A stretch of DNA of 64,000 nt, from positions 38,531 to 102,530 of IMG/VR virus record IMGVR_UViG_3300033741_000108. One strand, written 5' to 3'. Made by a program: the position numbers and the translations under genes. The stretch is from a virus (taxonomy: Duplodnaviria; Caudoviricetes). This document shows, piece after piece, positions 20,268 through 30,043 of this stretch. Below the pieces are notes generated by a model that saw nothing but the letters and a program-made list of their open reading frames with translations, was not told the DNA's origin and ran no database searches. The stretch's first letter is position 1, and every line of letters begins with the position of its first letter.

Positions 20268-20687
20268 ATGACAGAGTATAGTTTAAAATTCAAGGATTTA
20301 GAAGAGGGTAAAGTTTATGAAAATAAAAGTGGTAACAAGTATAGAGTAGTACAGGGTTTATTATGGAGTTTTAGCACTGGAGGTTTGACTGCATATTCAC
20401 ACAGTGTAACTAGTCAATGGAGATTTAAAGAAGTAATTAATATATCAGATGATGAGAAAAGTTTTTTATCATTAATTGATGATACTTTTGAGTGGATTGC
20501 TAGAGATAAAAATGGTATTGTTTATGTTTATACTGATGAACCTCTTAAAGATGGTTTTATTTGGGATTGTGTTCGTGGATTAGGAATAAGTAGAATGCTA
20601 TCATTAGAGTATTTTAGTTTTAATTTAGAGTTCATATCATGGGAAGATCAAGAACCAACTAGAATAGCAGATTTGTTGAGAGATTAA
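20268..20687 (+). CDS. hypothetical phage protein (start moved to 20268)
   Basis: WIARDKNG...FISWEDQEP. Confidence 0.7.
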   Translation: MTEYSLKFKDLEEGKVYENKSGNKYRVVQGLLWSFSTGGLTAYSHSVTSQWRFKEVINISDDEKSFLSLIDDTFEWIARDKNGIVYVYTDEPLKDGFIWDCVRGLGISRMLSLEYFSFNLEFISWEDQEPTRIADLLRD

Positions 20688-20700
20688 GGAGGAGGAAATT

Positions 20701-21084
20701 ATGCAAGGTTTAAATGAATTATTATTACAAATTAGTAAAGAGTTAGGTGTCGGTATTGAATTTTTAAAAGGAAATTTTATTGAAGAGTTACCAGAGATTG
20801 GGAGATACCTTTTTATACAAGAATTAGTAGGTGGATTATTACTTGGCGTATTCGTTTGTTTGCTATTTATGGTTATACCATTTATTATATCATTCTTTTA
20901 TTATGAAGAGAAAACCTATCATACTAGCATAGGAGAAGACAAGAGGTTATTTAAAAAATTATTAAAAATCAATATATCAATATATATTATATTAATAGTA
21001 TTAAATTTAATGACTATAATTATACCATATTTAGTAAGTCCTAAATTTTGGACAATACAAAAATTATTAGAAATGGTTAAATAA
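20701..21084 (+). CDS. 2-TM membrane protein
   Basis: RBS ggaggagg; two TM helices. Confidence 0.75.
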   Translation: MQGLNELLLQISKELGVGIEFLKGNFIEELPEIGRYLFIQELVGGLLLGVFVCLLFMVIPFIISFFYYEEKTYHTSIGEDKRLFKKLLKINISIYIILIVLNLMTIIIPYLVSPKFWTIQKLLEMVK

Positions 21085-21340
21085 TCGCATATAACCAATG
21101 CTAAAGCTATTTTAACAATTGCCAATACATTTACTCAAAGGAACTGTTAAAGTAGCTTAGGGATTGATTATCAAACGATAATTTATACGTAACAAGATAT
21201 ACTAATTATACCATCGATACAAGGTTTGTAACAACTCCTATTCCTTAATTGGTGGTATTTTTAATTTAATATTTGACATATATTAAATAGTATGATATAC
21301 TTATATATAGACAATAGTAGAAAATTAAAAGGAGCGTAAT

Positions 21341-22309
21341 ATGAATACCAAAGAGAGATATAAACAATTGGAGTTAATGAAGGCTTTACCTCTTGATGTG
21401 AAGATAGGGAAGAGTAAATTGCGAATAAGAGAAGCTTTAGCATTAGAAGATATGTATATTAGTTATAGTGGTGGTAAAGATTCAACAGTGCTAAAACATC
21501 TTGTTCAATCAGTTAAGGCTGATATACCATCAGTTTTTGTTAATACTGGATTAGAGTATAGAAGTTTGAGAGAACACGCTACAAAAAATGCTGATACTAC
21601 AGTTAGACCAAAGATGAATTTTAAAGAAGTTTTAATAAAATACGGATATCCTATAATATCTAAAATGCAAAGTAGATATATAGAAGATGTAAGAAATCCT
21701 AATGTGTGTGATAAAATTAAAGATATAAGAATAAATGGATCAGAAAAGGGATATTATAAAATATCTGAAAAGTGGAAGTATCTACTTAAAGCTGATTTTA
21801 AAATAAGTAACAAGTGTTGTTATCATATGAAAAAAAGTCCAATGTCTATATATGGTAAAAATGGTAGTTGCCCTTTTATAGGGACTATGACAGAGGAAAG
21901 CAATAAACGGAAAACTCAATGGATTGAACATGGGTGCAATATGGTAGATAGTAAAAAATTCAAGTCAATGCCTATGTCATTTTGGACAGTACAGGATGTA
22001 TTAGAATATTTGGAAAGATATGATCTGGAAATACCTTCTGTTTATGGCGATATAATAAAGGTGGATGGAGAGTATAAAACTACAGGTGTTAATAGAACTG
22101 GGTGCGTATTTTGCGGATACGGAGCCCATATGGAAAAAGAAGGTGAGAAAAGATTTGTTGATCTAAAAATAAGAGATAAGCAGTTATATGATTATGTTAT
22201 AGGTGGAGGTGAATATAAAGAATTAAAAGATGGTAAGAAATGGTGGGTTCCAAATAATAAAGGATTAGGGTTTGGACATGTGCTTGATGTCTATGATGTT
22301 GAATATTAA
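21341..22309 (+). CDS. PAPS reductase-family (CysH/DndC-like) protein
   Basis: PP-loop SYSGGKDS; NTGLE; CC..MKK.P; RTGCVFC. Confidence 0.85.
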   Translation: MNTKERYKQLELMKALPLDVKIGKSKLRIREALALEDMYISYSGGKDSTVLKHLVQSVKADIPSVFVNTGLEYRSLREHATKNADTTVRPKMNFKEVLIKYGYPIISKMQSRYIEDVRNPNVCDKIKDIRINGSEKGYYKISEKWKYLLKADFKISNKCCYHMKKSPMSIYGKNGSCPFIGTMTEESNKRKTQWIEHGCNMVDSKKFKSMPMSFWTVQDVLEYLERYDLEIPSVYGDIIKVDGEYKTTGVNRTGCVFCGYGAHMEKEGEKRFVDLKIRDKQLYDYVIGGGEYKELKDGKKWWVPNNKGLGFGHVLDVYDVEY

Positions 22310-22445
22310 AAATAGAATAGTAAGTATTAAAATGGGTATTCTTATGAATATCCATTTTTTATTGAAACAATCCTTGACAAGCATATAATAAAGGTATATG
22401 ATGTATTTAGAAGATAGAGGGAAAGCAAAAAGGGAGATGTTAAAA

Positions 22446-22901
22446 ATGACAAACAATTTTATAACTAGAAAAGAATCAGTAGAAAACTTAAAGATCTATT
22501 CAATGATGGAAAAGGGTTATATTAACAACAAGTTTAGAGGTATTAAAAAACATATGAATACTATTTACGAATTGATTGATAATGATGTAAAGGCAAAAGT
22601 TGTAATTGATGATATCAATGGTTTGGTTAATACTTATTTAGGATCAATTAAATATATGTTAAAACAATATAAAAACATTGATATTAATGGATTAGATGAA
22701 TCAGCTGAAAATGATAACTATTTCTATAATAATAGTGATTACATTTATGGATTATTTAAAAGTCTAATTTCAAGTTTAGAAATGTCTAGTAAAATGAGTG
22801 AATTAAGAGAAAAAGAAGGACATTTAAATGACGCTAAAACACACTTGAAGTATTTAGAAATGACATGTAATGAGTTTTTTAGAATGATTGATATGCTATA
22901 G
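22446..22901 (+). CDS. hypothetical protein (start moved to 22446)
   Basis: promoter near 22374; RBS gggag. Confidence 0.7.
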   Translation: MTNNFITRKESVENLKIYSMMEKGYINNKFRGIKKHMNTIYELIDNDVKAKVVIDDINGLVNTYLGSIKYMLKQYKNIDINGLDESAENDNYFYNNSDYIYGLFKSLISSLEMSSKMSELREKEGHLNDAKTHLKYLEMTCNEFFRMIDML

Positions 22902-22994
22902 AGTGAAAGCTTACTAAACCCTTTAAATAAGCAATTAGAGGGTTTAAATAAGCTTTTAACATTTAGGTTAAAGGTATTAAAAGGAGATGTTAAA

Positions 22995-23369
22995 ATGAGT
23001 GATATAATGAAAGCTGTAGATGGAATGGTTAAAGAAAATTATAAAGGATTTATTATAGTTGATAGTATGATCAAATATTTTATAAACAGTACCTCTTATT
23101 CAAGTCAAGACTTTTATTTTATTGATAGTGATATATCAAAAGTTGATGTCTATTGTCAAAACAGACTTGATAACACAATTGAATTTAAAGGCATTGTTGA
23201 TATTGATATGATATACGATTACGATAATGAGTATGATAAAGATTATTTATATGGACTTAGTGTAAAAGAGTCATATAGTAATTTTGAATTACTTGAAAAT
23301 TATAATGGTACTATTTATTTTATTGATGTGCAAGGCTGTAAGACAGTGAAGGATTATGTAATAGATTAA
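22995..23369 (+). CDS. hypothetical protein
   Basis: RBS aaggag; terminator 23400-23431. Confidence 0.7.
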   Translation: MSDIMKAVDGMVKENYKGFIIVDSMIKYFINSTSYSSQDFYFIDSDISKVDVYCQNRLDNTIEFKGIVDIDMIYDYDNEYDKDYLYGLSVKESYSNFELLENYNGTIYFIDVQGCKTVKDYVID

Positions 23370-23512
23370 ATGTGTTAATGGACAGAGCAGTAAATATTAA
23401 AAAAGATATTCTTAATTGGATGTCTTTTTTTATTTAAATAATCCTTGACAAGTGATGTGTTTTGTGGTATGATTAATGAAATAGTAATTTAATAGTAATT
23501 TAAGGAGGGTAT

Positions 23513-24460
23513 ATGGAAATAAAATGTAATAATACTGGAAAAGAATTTACAAGAGAATATGATATTGAAAGTGAAAATGATTTTAAAAAATACATAGGCA
23601 AGGTATTTGATAGTAAATCATGCGGTAAATGGGTTTGCTTAGGTGTTGGTGGTAGAAATAAACATAGTAATAAATTATATATTGTTTATAATTTAAAGAC
23701 TGGAACTGTTAGAATGTATCGTGGTGGTGCAATAAATACTGGTGTTTTAAAGGATTATTACTATCCATGTGTATGTGGTGTTGGTTATATGGGTAGCATT
23801 AAACATGCTAATAACATAAGTAATCATTATTTATATAAAAGATGGTATAATATGTTAAGAAGGTGTTATGATAAGAATAATGAAGATTATAAATATTATG
23901 GTGGTAAAGGTGTATTTGTTCATGATAAATGGTTTAACTTTAGTAATTTTGCTAATGATTGTAAAGGATTGAATGGTTATAATAAAACAAAAATTATTAA
24001 TAATGATTTAGTTTTGGATAAGGATTTTTATTATATTGCCAACAAAGAATTAAGGAATTCAAGTAAGGTATACTCAAGAGAAACTTGTAGATTTATTACA
24101 CAAAAACGAAATTTAAGTTTAAAGAGTATGAGTTGTGATAATAAATATATAAAAGATAATAAAAAACAAGCTCCTAATGTTGTTAGATATAAAAACATTA
24201 GTGGTAATATACGTGATAATCAATCTTTGTTTTGTGTGTATAATAAAAACATAAAACTATATCACTATAATCAAGCAGAATTATGTGAAATATTTGATTT
24301 TAGCACAACTTGTGTTAGTAGGTGCTTGAGAGATGATTGGAGAAAACATAAAGGGTTTAAGTTTAAATATATAAAAGAGTTTCCAGATGGATGGACAGTA
24401 GAAAATTGTAGTGATAAATGTATTGGTTCATATAGTGAATATTTAGATAATAAAAAATAG
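23513..24460 (+). CDS. putative homing endonuclease, third paralog, C-terminal NUMOD1-like HTH
   Basis: WYNMLRRCY, YGGKGV, WFNFSNF, LDKD, YSRETC; QAELC..CVSRCL..HKGFKFKY. Confidence 0.75.
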   Translation: MEIKCNNTGKEFTREYDIESENDFKKYIGKVFDSKSCGKWVCLGVGGRNKHSNKLYIVYNLKTGTVRMYRGGAINTGVLKDYYYPCVCGVGYMGSIKHANNISNHYLYKRWYNMLRRCYDKNNEDYKYYGGKGVFVHDKWFNFSNFANDCKGLNGYNKTKIINNDLVLDKDFYYIANKELRNSSKVYSRETCRFITQKRNLSLKSMSCDNKYIKDNKKQAPNVVRYKNISGNIRDNQSLFCVYNKNIKLYHYNQAELCEIFDFSTTCVSRCLRDDWRKHKGFKFKYIKEFPDGWTVENCSDKCIGSYSEYLDNKK

Positions 24461-24483
24461 ACAATTAACCTGTCTATTTTTTT
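24452..24483 (+). terminator. terminator ending the left + block
   Basis: aaaaatagaca/tgtctattttt. Confidence 0.75.
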
Positions 24484-24689
24484 GTTGTATTAAATTGGGC
24501 TCGGCACAGTGGACGTTCTAGTAGAGTGGCTATTCTCTTAGTCTTTATGAAAAACCAATTTCAATATGACTTACCCTATCCTTATTATTATTTTTATTAA
24601 AGTGTCAACAAACGTTGAAATTTAGCCATTTCTCTCGGCAGAATCTCGAAACAGTTAAGTAGAGAAAAAATCTCTCTGTATGTAAATAG

Positions 24690-24776
24690 TAACATACATT
24701 TATTTTTCCTTATTTATGACAGCATTAACATACATTAACTTTTCTTTACATATGATAAACCTAACATAAATAAATT
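24690..24776. repeat. degenerate 36-bp tandem repeat, about 2.4 copies
   Basis: units start taacata at 24690, 24726, 24762. Confidence 0.65.
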
Positions 24777-24796
24777 AAATTATAAAAAACTTTTTT

Positions 24797-25014
24797 TAAT
24801 CCACAGATCTGAAAATGTGGGGATAACTTTATCAAGATGTTATTAACATGTGCATAACTCCATTATAATATAAAAATGTGCATAAGTCAAGCTTTTTTGT
24901 GGATTATTTCTACCCTGTGGATTAAAGTTATCAACAAAATCCTTGAAAACACCAACAAAACCAGTTATTTACTCATTCCTTCTGTGGATAAAACTGTGGA
25001 AAAACTGTGGATTA
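24797..25014. promoter_or_regulatory. DnaA-box cluster 1 (about 11 boxes)
   Basis: TGTGGATAA 24983; TGTGCATAA 24849 and 24877; near-matches at 24797, 24818, 24840, 24898, 24916, 24928, 24995, 25006. Confidence 0.8.
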
Positions 25015-25404
25015 TAAAATCGTGCAGGTTTGGTTTATAATAATTCATCCATTACTACTCCTTAATGATAACATACCTTTTAATCAATTACAAGGAAAAA
25101 AGAAAACTATTTTTTATTTATTTTTTTATTGTAATTGATCTTTTTTTATGATATAGATATAAAACCAAAAACTTTACACAACTTTACAATCTACTAAAAA
25201 AATTGTAAAGCTTATGACGTGACGACTTTTTTCATTATATAGGGTAAAACATTAAAAAAGATCAACCAAAAAAATAATTAAAAAAAGACTTGCAATTATA
25301 AAAAAGTTGTATTATAATAAAAGCATGCTAAAACATATAAAAAAAAGTAATAAATCATTAATTAATTGTAATTGATGATATTTTAAAAAAGGAGTTGCTG
25401 ATCA

Positions 25405-25647
25405 ATGAATAAAAAAACACTAACTAAAATGAAAAAAGAAGGCTTTAAAAAAGTTACAATTATTTTACCATCTATAGGAAAATTATTTTTTAAAAAAGAA
25501 GATATAAATTATTTAATGATAGATGGCGTCTATTATGAAAATGATGATTTAGAATTATTTATTGAAGGATACAGCAATCATGGCCACGTATATTTTAAAA
25601 GTTCTGATTTCAATATTAATGATATAAAATTACTAGTAGAATTTTAA
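25405..25647 (+). CDS. hypothetical protein (putative early island)
   Basis: promoter TTGCAA-17-TATAAT near 25290; RBS aaaaaaggagtt. Confidence 0.75.
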   Translation: MNKKTLTKMKKEGFKKVTIILPSIGKLFFKKEDINYLMIDGVYYENDDLELFIEGYSNHGHVYFKSSDFNINDIKLLVEF

Positions 25648-25741
25648 AATCTTAACCGATGATATCATATTATTTTATGGTATCATTCATTAAGCTTTTA
25701 AAATTGGTTTAAAAGCATATTAAAAAAAAGGAGTTGTTACA

Positions 25742-26191
25742 ATGAAAACAACACAAGTATTTGAAATGAAAAACCAATCACAATTTACTAGAAACTGGTT
25801 TGCTGGAAATGATTTTTTCAATACTATTATTGAAGATCAATCAGAAAAAAACTTTTTTATAACTAGTGAATGTTATGACGATACTTTTCCAAAAAAATAT
25901 TCATTGAGATTTTACAATGAAAATACCAAAAAAATCTTAACAGTTGGAGATTTTCAACGACATGACGTTTTAATCAATGCTAAAACTAGAAAAGAAATTT
26001 TCATTAAAGGTTTTAAATATGTTAGGGAAAATGGAGGTTTTAGAGAAAAAAACATCCTTGAAAACGTTGATAAAATTGAATGTTATAATAATTTAAATTA
26101 TATGTATAAAATATCAATGTATGAAAACAATGAGGAAAAGTATTTTCTTTTAGATATGAATGATTTTAATAATATTAAAATAACATGCTAA
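25742..26191 (+). CDS. hypothetical protein (putative early island)
   Basis: RBS aaaaggagtt; FFITSE motif. Confidence 0.8.
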   Translation: MKTTQVFEMKNQSQFTRNWFAGNDFFNTIIEDQSEKNFFITSECYDDTFPKKYSLRFYNENTKKILTVGDFQRHDVLINAKTRKEIFIKGFKYVRENGGFREKNILENVDKIECYNNLNYMYKISMYENNEEKYFLLDMNDFNNIKITC

Positions 26192-26296
26192 AATCATTGT
26201 AGTTTTTTAGGTGGTATTATCTTAATGATAATATCACTTGAAAAAATTATAATAATAGTATTATAATTTATTAAAAATTGAAGGAGTTGTTTTAAA

Positions 26297-26956
26297 ATGA
26301 ATGAAAATTTAACAGTAAAGGGTATTGATATTGAAAAAAGAATTGTATCATTAATCAATAAAAAAAATGAAAAAAGCTTATTTAATGATTATTTAATAGA
26401 AATATTATTTGAATCATTAGAATATAATCAATTTGATGATGATGACTTAGAAAATGGTATTGATAAAGATCAATTAAAAAATGATATCATTGAAGGCGTG
26501 ACAGATGAAATCATTAATTGTCACTTTATTGATTATTATGATTATAATTACAATTTATTGCTTAATGATTGTAATTTGAACTATATTAATATTTCAAGTA
26601 AAATTAAGGGTATTCATAATAAAAAGTGTACAGTTGATTATCTTATTAATATAATGATATATGATGAAATTAATGATTTATTAAGTAATTTAATTGAAAT
26701 ATTGGATGAAATAATAGAATTATATTATTTTACAATACTAGTAGTTAAGGGTATGACTTTATGTCAAATATATGATGATTGCTATATAACAGAAAAAAAT
26801 ATTGAAGTAATAATAAATTGTATAACATATAATTATTATGCTGAGGAGTCAATTTATATTAATTATGATTTAACTTTAAATATTGATATGATTGATGATG
26901 TTCACGATGACGCCTTGAAAATTTTAAACATGTTTAATTTAATTCTAGTTGATTAA
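26297..26956 (+). CDS. acidic hypothetical protein (putative early island)
   Basis: RBS aaggagtt. Confidence 0.75.
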   Translation: MNENLTVKGIDIEKRIVSLINKKNEKSLFNDYLIEILFESLEYNQFDDDDLENGIDKDQLKNDIIEGVTDEIINCHFIDYYDYNYNLLLNDCNLNYINISSKIKGIHNKKCTVDYLINIMIYDEINDLLSNLIEILDEIIELYYFTILVVKGMTLCQIYDDCYITEKNIEVIINCITYNYYAEESIYINYDLTLNIDMIDDVHDDALKILNMFNLILVD

Positions 26957-26996
26957 TAATAGTATTATAATTTATTTAAAAAAAGGAGTGTTAAAA

Positions 26997-27347
26997 ATGA
27001 AAATTAAAAAAGATCTACTAGTAGAAATTAATAAGATAGAAAATAAAAAAGTTGAAAATATAGTTATTAAAAGATTAAAAAGTTGCTGTGAAGTTATTAT
27101 TTTAATAAAATTTAAGGGTATCAGAAATCCAATCACATATACAATTGATTTATTCAATAACTATAATGATAATCTATTATTTATTAATGATGATGATGAA
27201 AACAACTTGAAAAAAATATTTGATTGCAATGATAAAAAACTATTAATCAATAAAATATATGATTTTCTAGAAAACGATGATGTTATCCCTTTTATTGATT
27301 CATTGATAGAATATCAATCAGATCTTTATGATAAAATACATCATTAA
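26997..27347 (+). CDS. hypothetical protein (start moved to 26997)
   Basis: RBS aaaaggagtg. Confidence 0.75.
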   Translation: MKIKKDLLVEINKIENKKVENIVIKRLKSCCEVIILIKFKGIRNPITYTIDLFNNYNDNLLFINDDDENNLKKIFDCNDKKLLINKIYDFLENDDVIPFIDSLIEYQSDLYDKIHH

Positions 27348-27475
27348 TATAATGATTAATTATTTAATAGTGATGAAAATATTTACAACTACTATATTAA
27401 AAATGTTATTAATAGGCGGTGCTGTAATGGTACCGCTTCTAATAATCAATTATAAAATAGAAAAGGCGGTAAAAA

Positions 27476-27739
27476 ATGAATATTAATGATTTAAATCATG
27501 ACTTGAAAAAAATTGCTAAAATTGATGTTTTAATTGATTATGAGTTAGATGAAGTAATCAATGTATTGGAGTATTATTTAGATGATGTGATATTAGAAAT
27601 TGATTGTATAAATCATGAACTAGAATTTATTAAAAACACAACTGAAAATAAAAATGTTATTAATCAATTAGAAAATAAGAAAATAGAATTAAAGAAATAT
27701 GAAAAGAAAATTAATAAATATCTTAAACTATTAGAATAA
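27476..27739 (+). CDS. hypothetical coiled-coil protein
   Basis: RBS aaggcggt. Confidence 0.7.
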   Translation: MNINDLNHDLKKIAKIDVLIDYELDEVINVLEYYLDDVILEIDCINHELEFIKNTTENKNVINQLENKKIELKKYEKKINKYLKLLE

Positions 27740-27756
27740 AATAAGGAGTGTTAAAA

Positions 27757-28050
27757 ATGTTAAAAAATAAAATATTATTAATAACTATTATAATTATTAT
27801 TCTATTATCGAATTTTACTTTTAGCGATACACTACCAGTACAGACAAAAACCTTTGGTGTTGTAATATATGGTCAATTATATTGTTATTGTTATACTGAT
27901 AATGTTAACATGGACATGTATAACTTCGGCGATGCTTCATACTATAATATAGAAAATGATGGACTGTATGATATAGAATGGAATGGAAATATTAATAATG
28001 ATGACCAGACAATTAAAAATATAAATAGTATAATTAATGATACCCTGTGA
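27757..28050 (+). CDS. secreted or membrane hypothetical protein
   Basis: RBS aaggagtg; signal-like N-terminus. Confidence 0.7.
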   Translation: MLKNKILLITIIIIILLSNFTFSDTLPVQTKTFGVVIYGQLYCYCYTDNVNMDMYNFGDASYYNIENDGLYDIEWNGNINNDDQTIKNINSIINDTL

Positions 28051-28063
28051 AGGGTATTTTTTT
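28040..28063 (+). terminator. intrinsic terminator
   Basis: ataccct/agggtat plus T-tract. Confidence 0.8.
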
Positions 28064-28947
28064 TATTGCTTATTTTCATATTGATAATAACATATAATAT
28101 CATATCAATATGTTAGGTTATCATCAATGATATTATACCATTATAACGTGTATATGACGATGTATAGACGTTTTCAAGCGTAAAAGGTATTCATACTATA
28201 GGTATAAAATAAAACGTGTATATGATACGTTTACAGGTGTTATAATGGTATGTAATTATATGATCTTATTTATTGTTATTATATTAATATTAATGATATA
28301 TGATAGTGATATACTGGACTGCTTTTTTAATTATTGATATCATTACTATATAAAACAGTCCAGTATGACATAACATATAATATCATTGATAGTAGTATAA
28401 TGATAGTAGTAGTAGTAGTATGATATATGTATAATGATATAGTAATACAGAAAATAAATACCATCGATGCAGCAATGAATATATATAATAGTAATATTAT
28501 TAATCAATGAATATTATCTAATCCCTGCAGCAAATGAGTATATATTATTATTATATGATAGTGATATATGTAATTGATTGGATATGATATATGTATATGT
28601 AGTGATATATGATAGTAGTAATATTATAGTATAGAATAAATATCTTAGTCATGCATCAATGGTATGATGTTTTATTATATATTAATATTATATGATATGG
28701 TATGATATCACGTTATTATATATGATATATGTTATATGTATTAATAATAATATACCCTTATTCAAGCGTGTATCACGTTGTAACGTGTATTTGTGATGTT
28801 ATAGGTGTATTAATAGTGTAGTATGATAATATGACGCTTAAGGTGGTATTATAGGTGGTGTAGGTGTATTATTATATAGTATGACGTTATATAGGTATGA
28901 TATTTTATTATGCATGTTATAACGTTTATGATATGCATGATGTGGGA

Positions 28948-29078
28948 TATTGTATATTGTATATTGTATACAATATAATGTATAATGTATATAGTATATA
29001 GTATATAGTAACGTGTATCATGATTGTATTAAGATTGTATATTGTATACTGTATATTGTATACTGTATATTGTATACT
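28948..29078. repeat. heptamer tandem repeats (ATTGTAT and variants)
   Basis: two runs of ATTGTAT/ACTGTAT/ATAGTAT units. Confidence 0.8.
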
Positions 29079-29135
29079 TAAAATAAATTTCGGCTTATTT
29101 TACTCCATGTTACTCCATTCGCATATTTCAAAAAG

Positions 29136-29253
29136 TTATTAACATGTGTATAACTATTTTTGGGGATAACTTTTGAGAGTTTTCCACAAAGTTATCCCCA
29201 TTTTCTAATATTATAGTGATCTTATCCTATACATCCAATGTATATGTGGATAA
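29136..29253. promoter_or_regulatory. DnaA-box cluster 2 (about 6 boxes)
   Basis: TGTGGATAA 29245, TGTGTATAA 29145, TTTTCCACA 29180, TTATCCCCA 29192, TGGGGATAA 29161, TTATTAACA 29136. Confidence 0.75.
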
Positions 29254-29878
29254 CTCCAGAAATACAGTAATAACCTCATATTTTAGCCATATAACATAGG
29301 TTATAATGTATAAAAGTTTACATAATATTTACAATAGGGGGTGTAAAAAACCAAAAAGGTGTTTTCTGAGATAAGATTTCTGTGAGGTATCTCCACTCAC
29401 ACCTAATATGTTTTACTATACCCGCACCCTCTCATACTCATATATACATCCACATCCCTATAATAACCCCCTATCACCCCTATTTGGCATCCTCTACCCT
29501 ATTCCTATATACATACCCCCTTCATAAAAACCAATTCACCCTACCTCTTTATATACCCACCTATCCCAGTAATATACTCATCAATCCCCACTCTCAATAA
29601 TCAATTATTATCATATATCCCTATATATCCTCATATATCTTTGTATATCCCCATATCAATTTTAATATATAATCCCTATAAATATCAATCCCATATCTCA
29701 ATAATATCGTAAATATTATAATTATATAATTGTGCCGTATAAATGGGTAGCTGTCAACATTAGTAGGTCAAAACCCTTCCTGTCTTGGGAAGGACACCCA
29801 ACGACAGGAAATCGGTATTATTGTATTTGAGGGTAAATTAGGGGAAATGGGAAATATGGTGAATTATCAATAAATCAT

Positions 29879-29907
29879 TTGACATTTGATTAAAAGTATG
29901 ATATAAT
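29879..29907 (+). promoter_or_regulatory. consensus SigA promoter
   Basis: TTGACA-17-TATAAT with TG. Confidence 0.8.
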
Positions 29908-29957
29908 TAGGGAAAGGGAAGTTATGGCGTTATTTAGGCAATAATAGTGTTAAAAGT

Positions 29958-30018
29958 GTTTTGACTTTTCTTTTGGGTATATATAGGTGTTATATATAGG
30001 GAAAAGAAAAGTCAAAAC
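29958..30018. repeat. 17-bp perfect inverted repeat upstream of 30044
   Basis: gttttgacttttctttt ... aaaagaaaagtcaaaac. Confidence 0.85.
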
Positions 30019-30043
30019 GAGAATTGAATGAAGGGATGTTGAT

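Noticed and set aside
24690-24776. Type III antitoxin-like 36-nt array
   Set aside because: Only the period matches; no pseudoknot pairing and no adjacent toxin
24797-25014. Bacterial oriC or host contamination
   Set aside because: Flanked on both sides by phage-type genes; no dnaA, dnaN or rpmH
28404-28419. (TAG)n run as DnaA-trios
   Set aside because: About 700 bp from the nearest DnaA box and inside low-complexity sequence
29382-29600. 72-aa His/Pro-rich ORF
   Set aside because: Artefact of the C-rich low-complexity tract; no RBS
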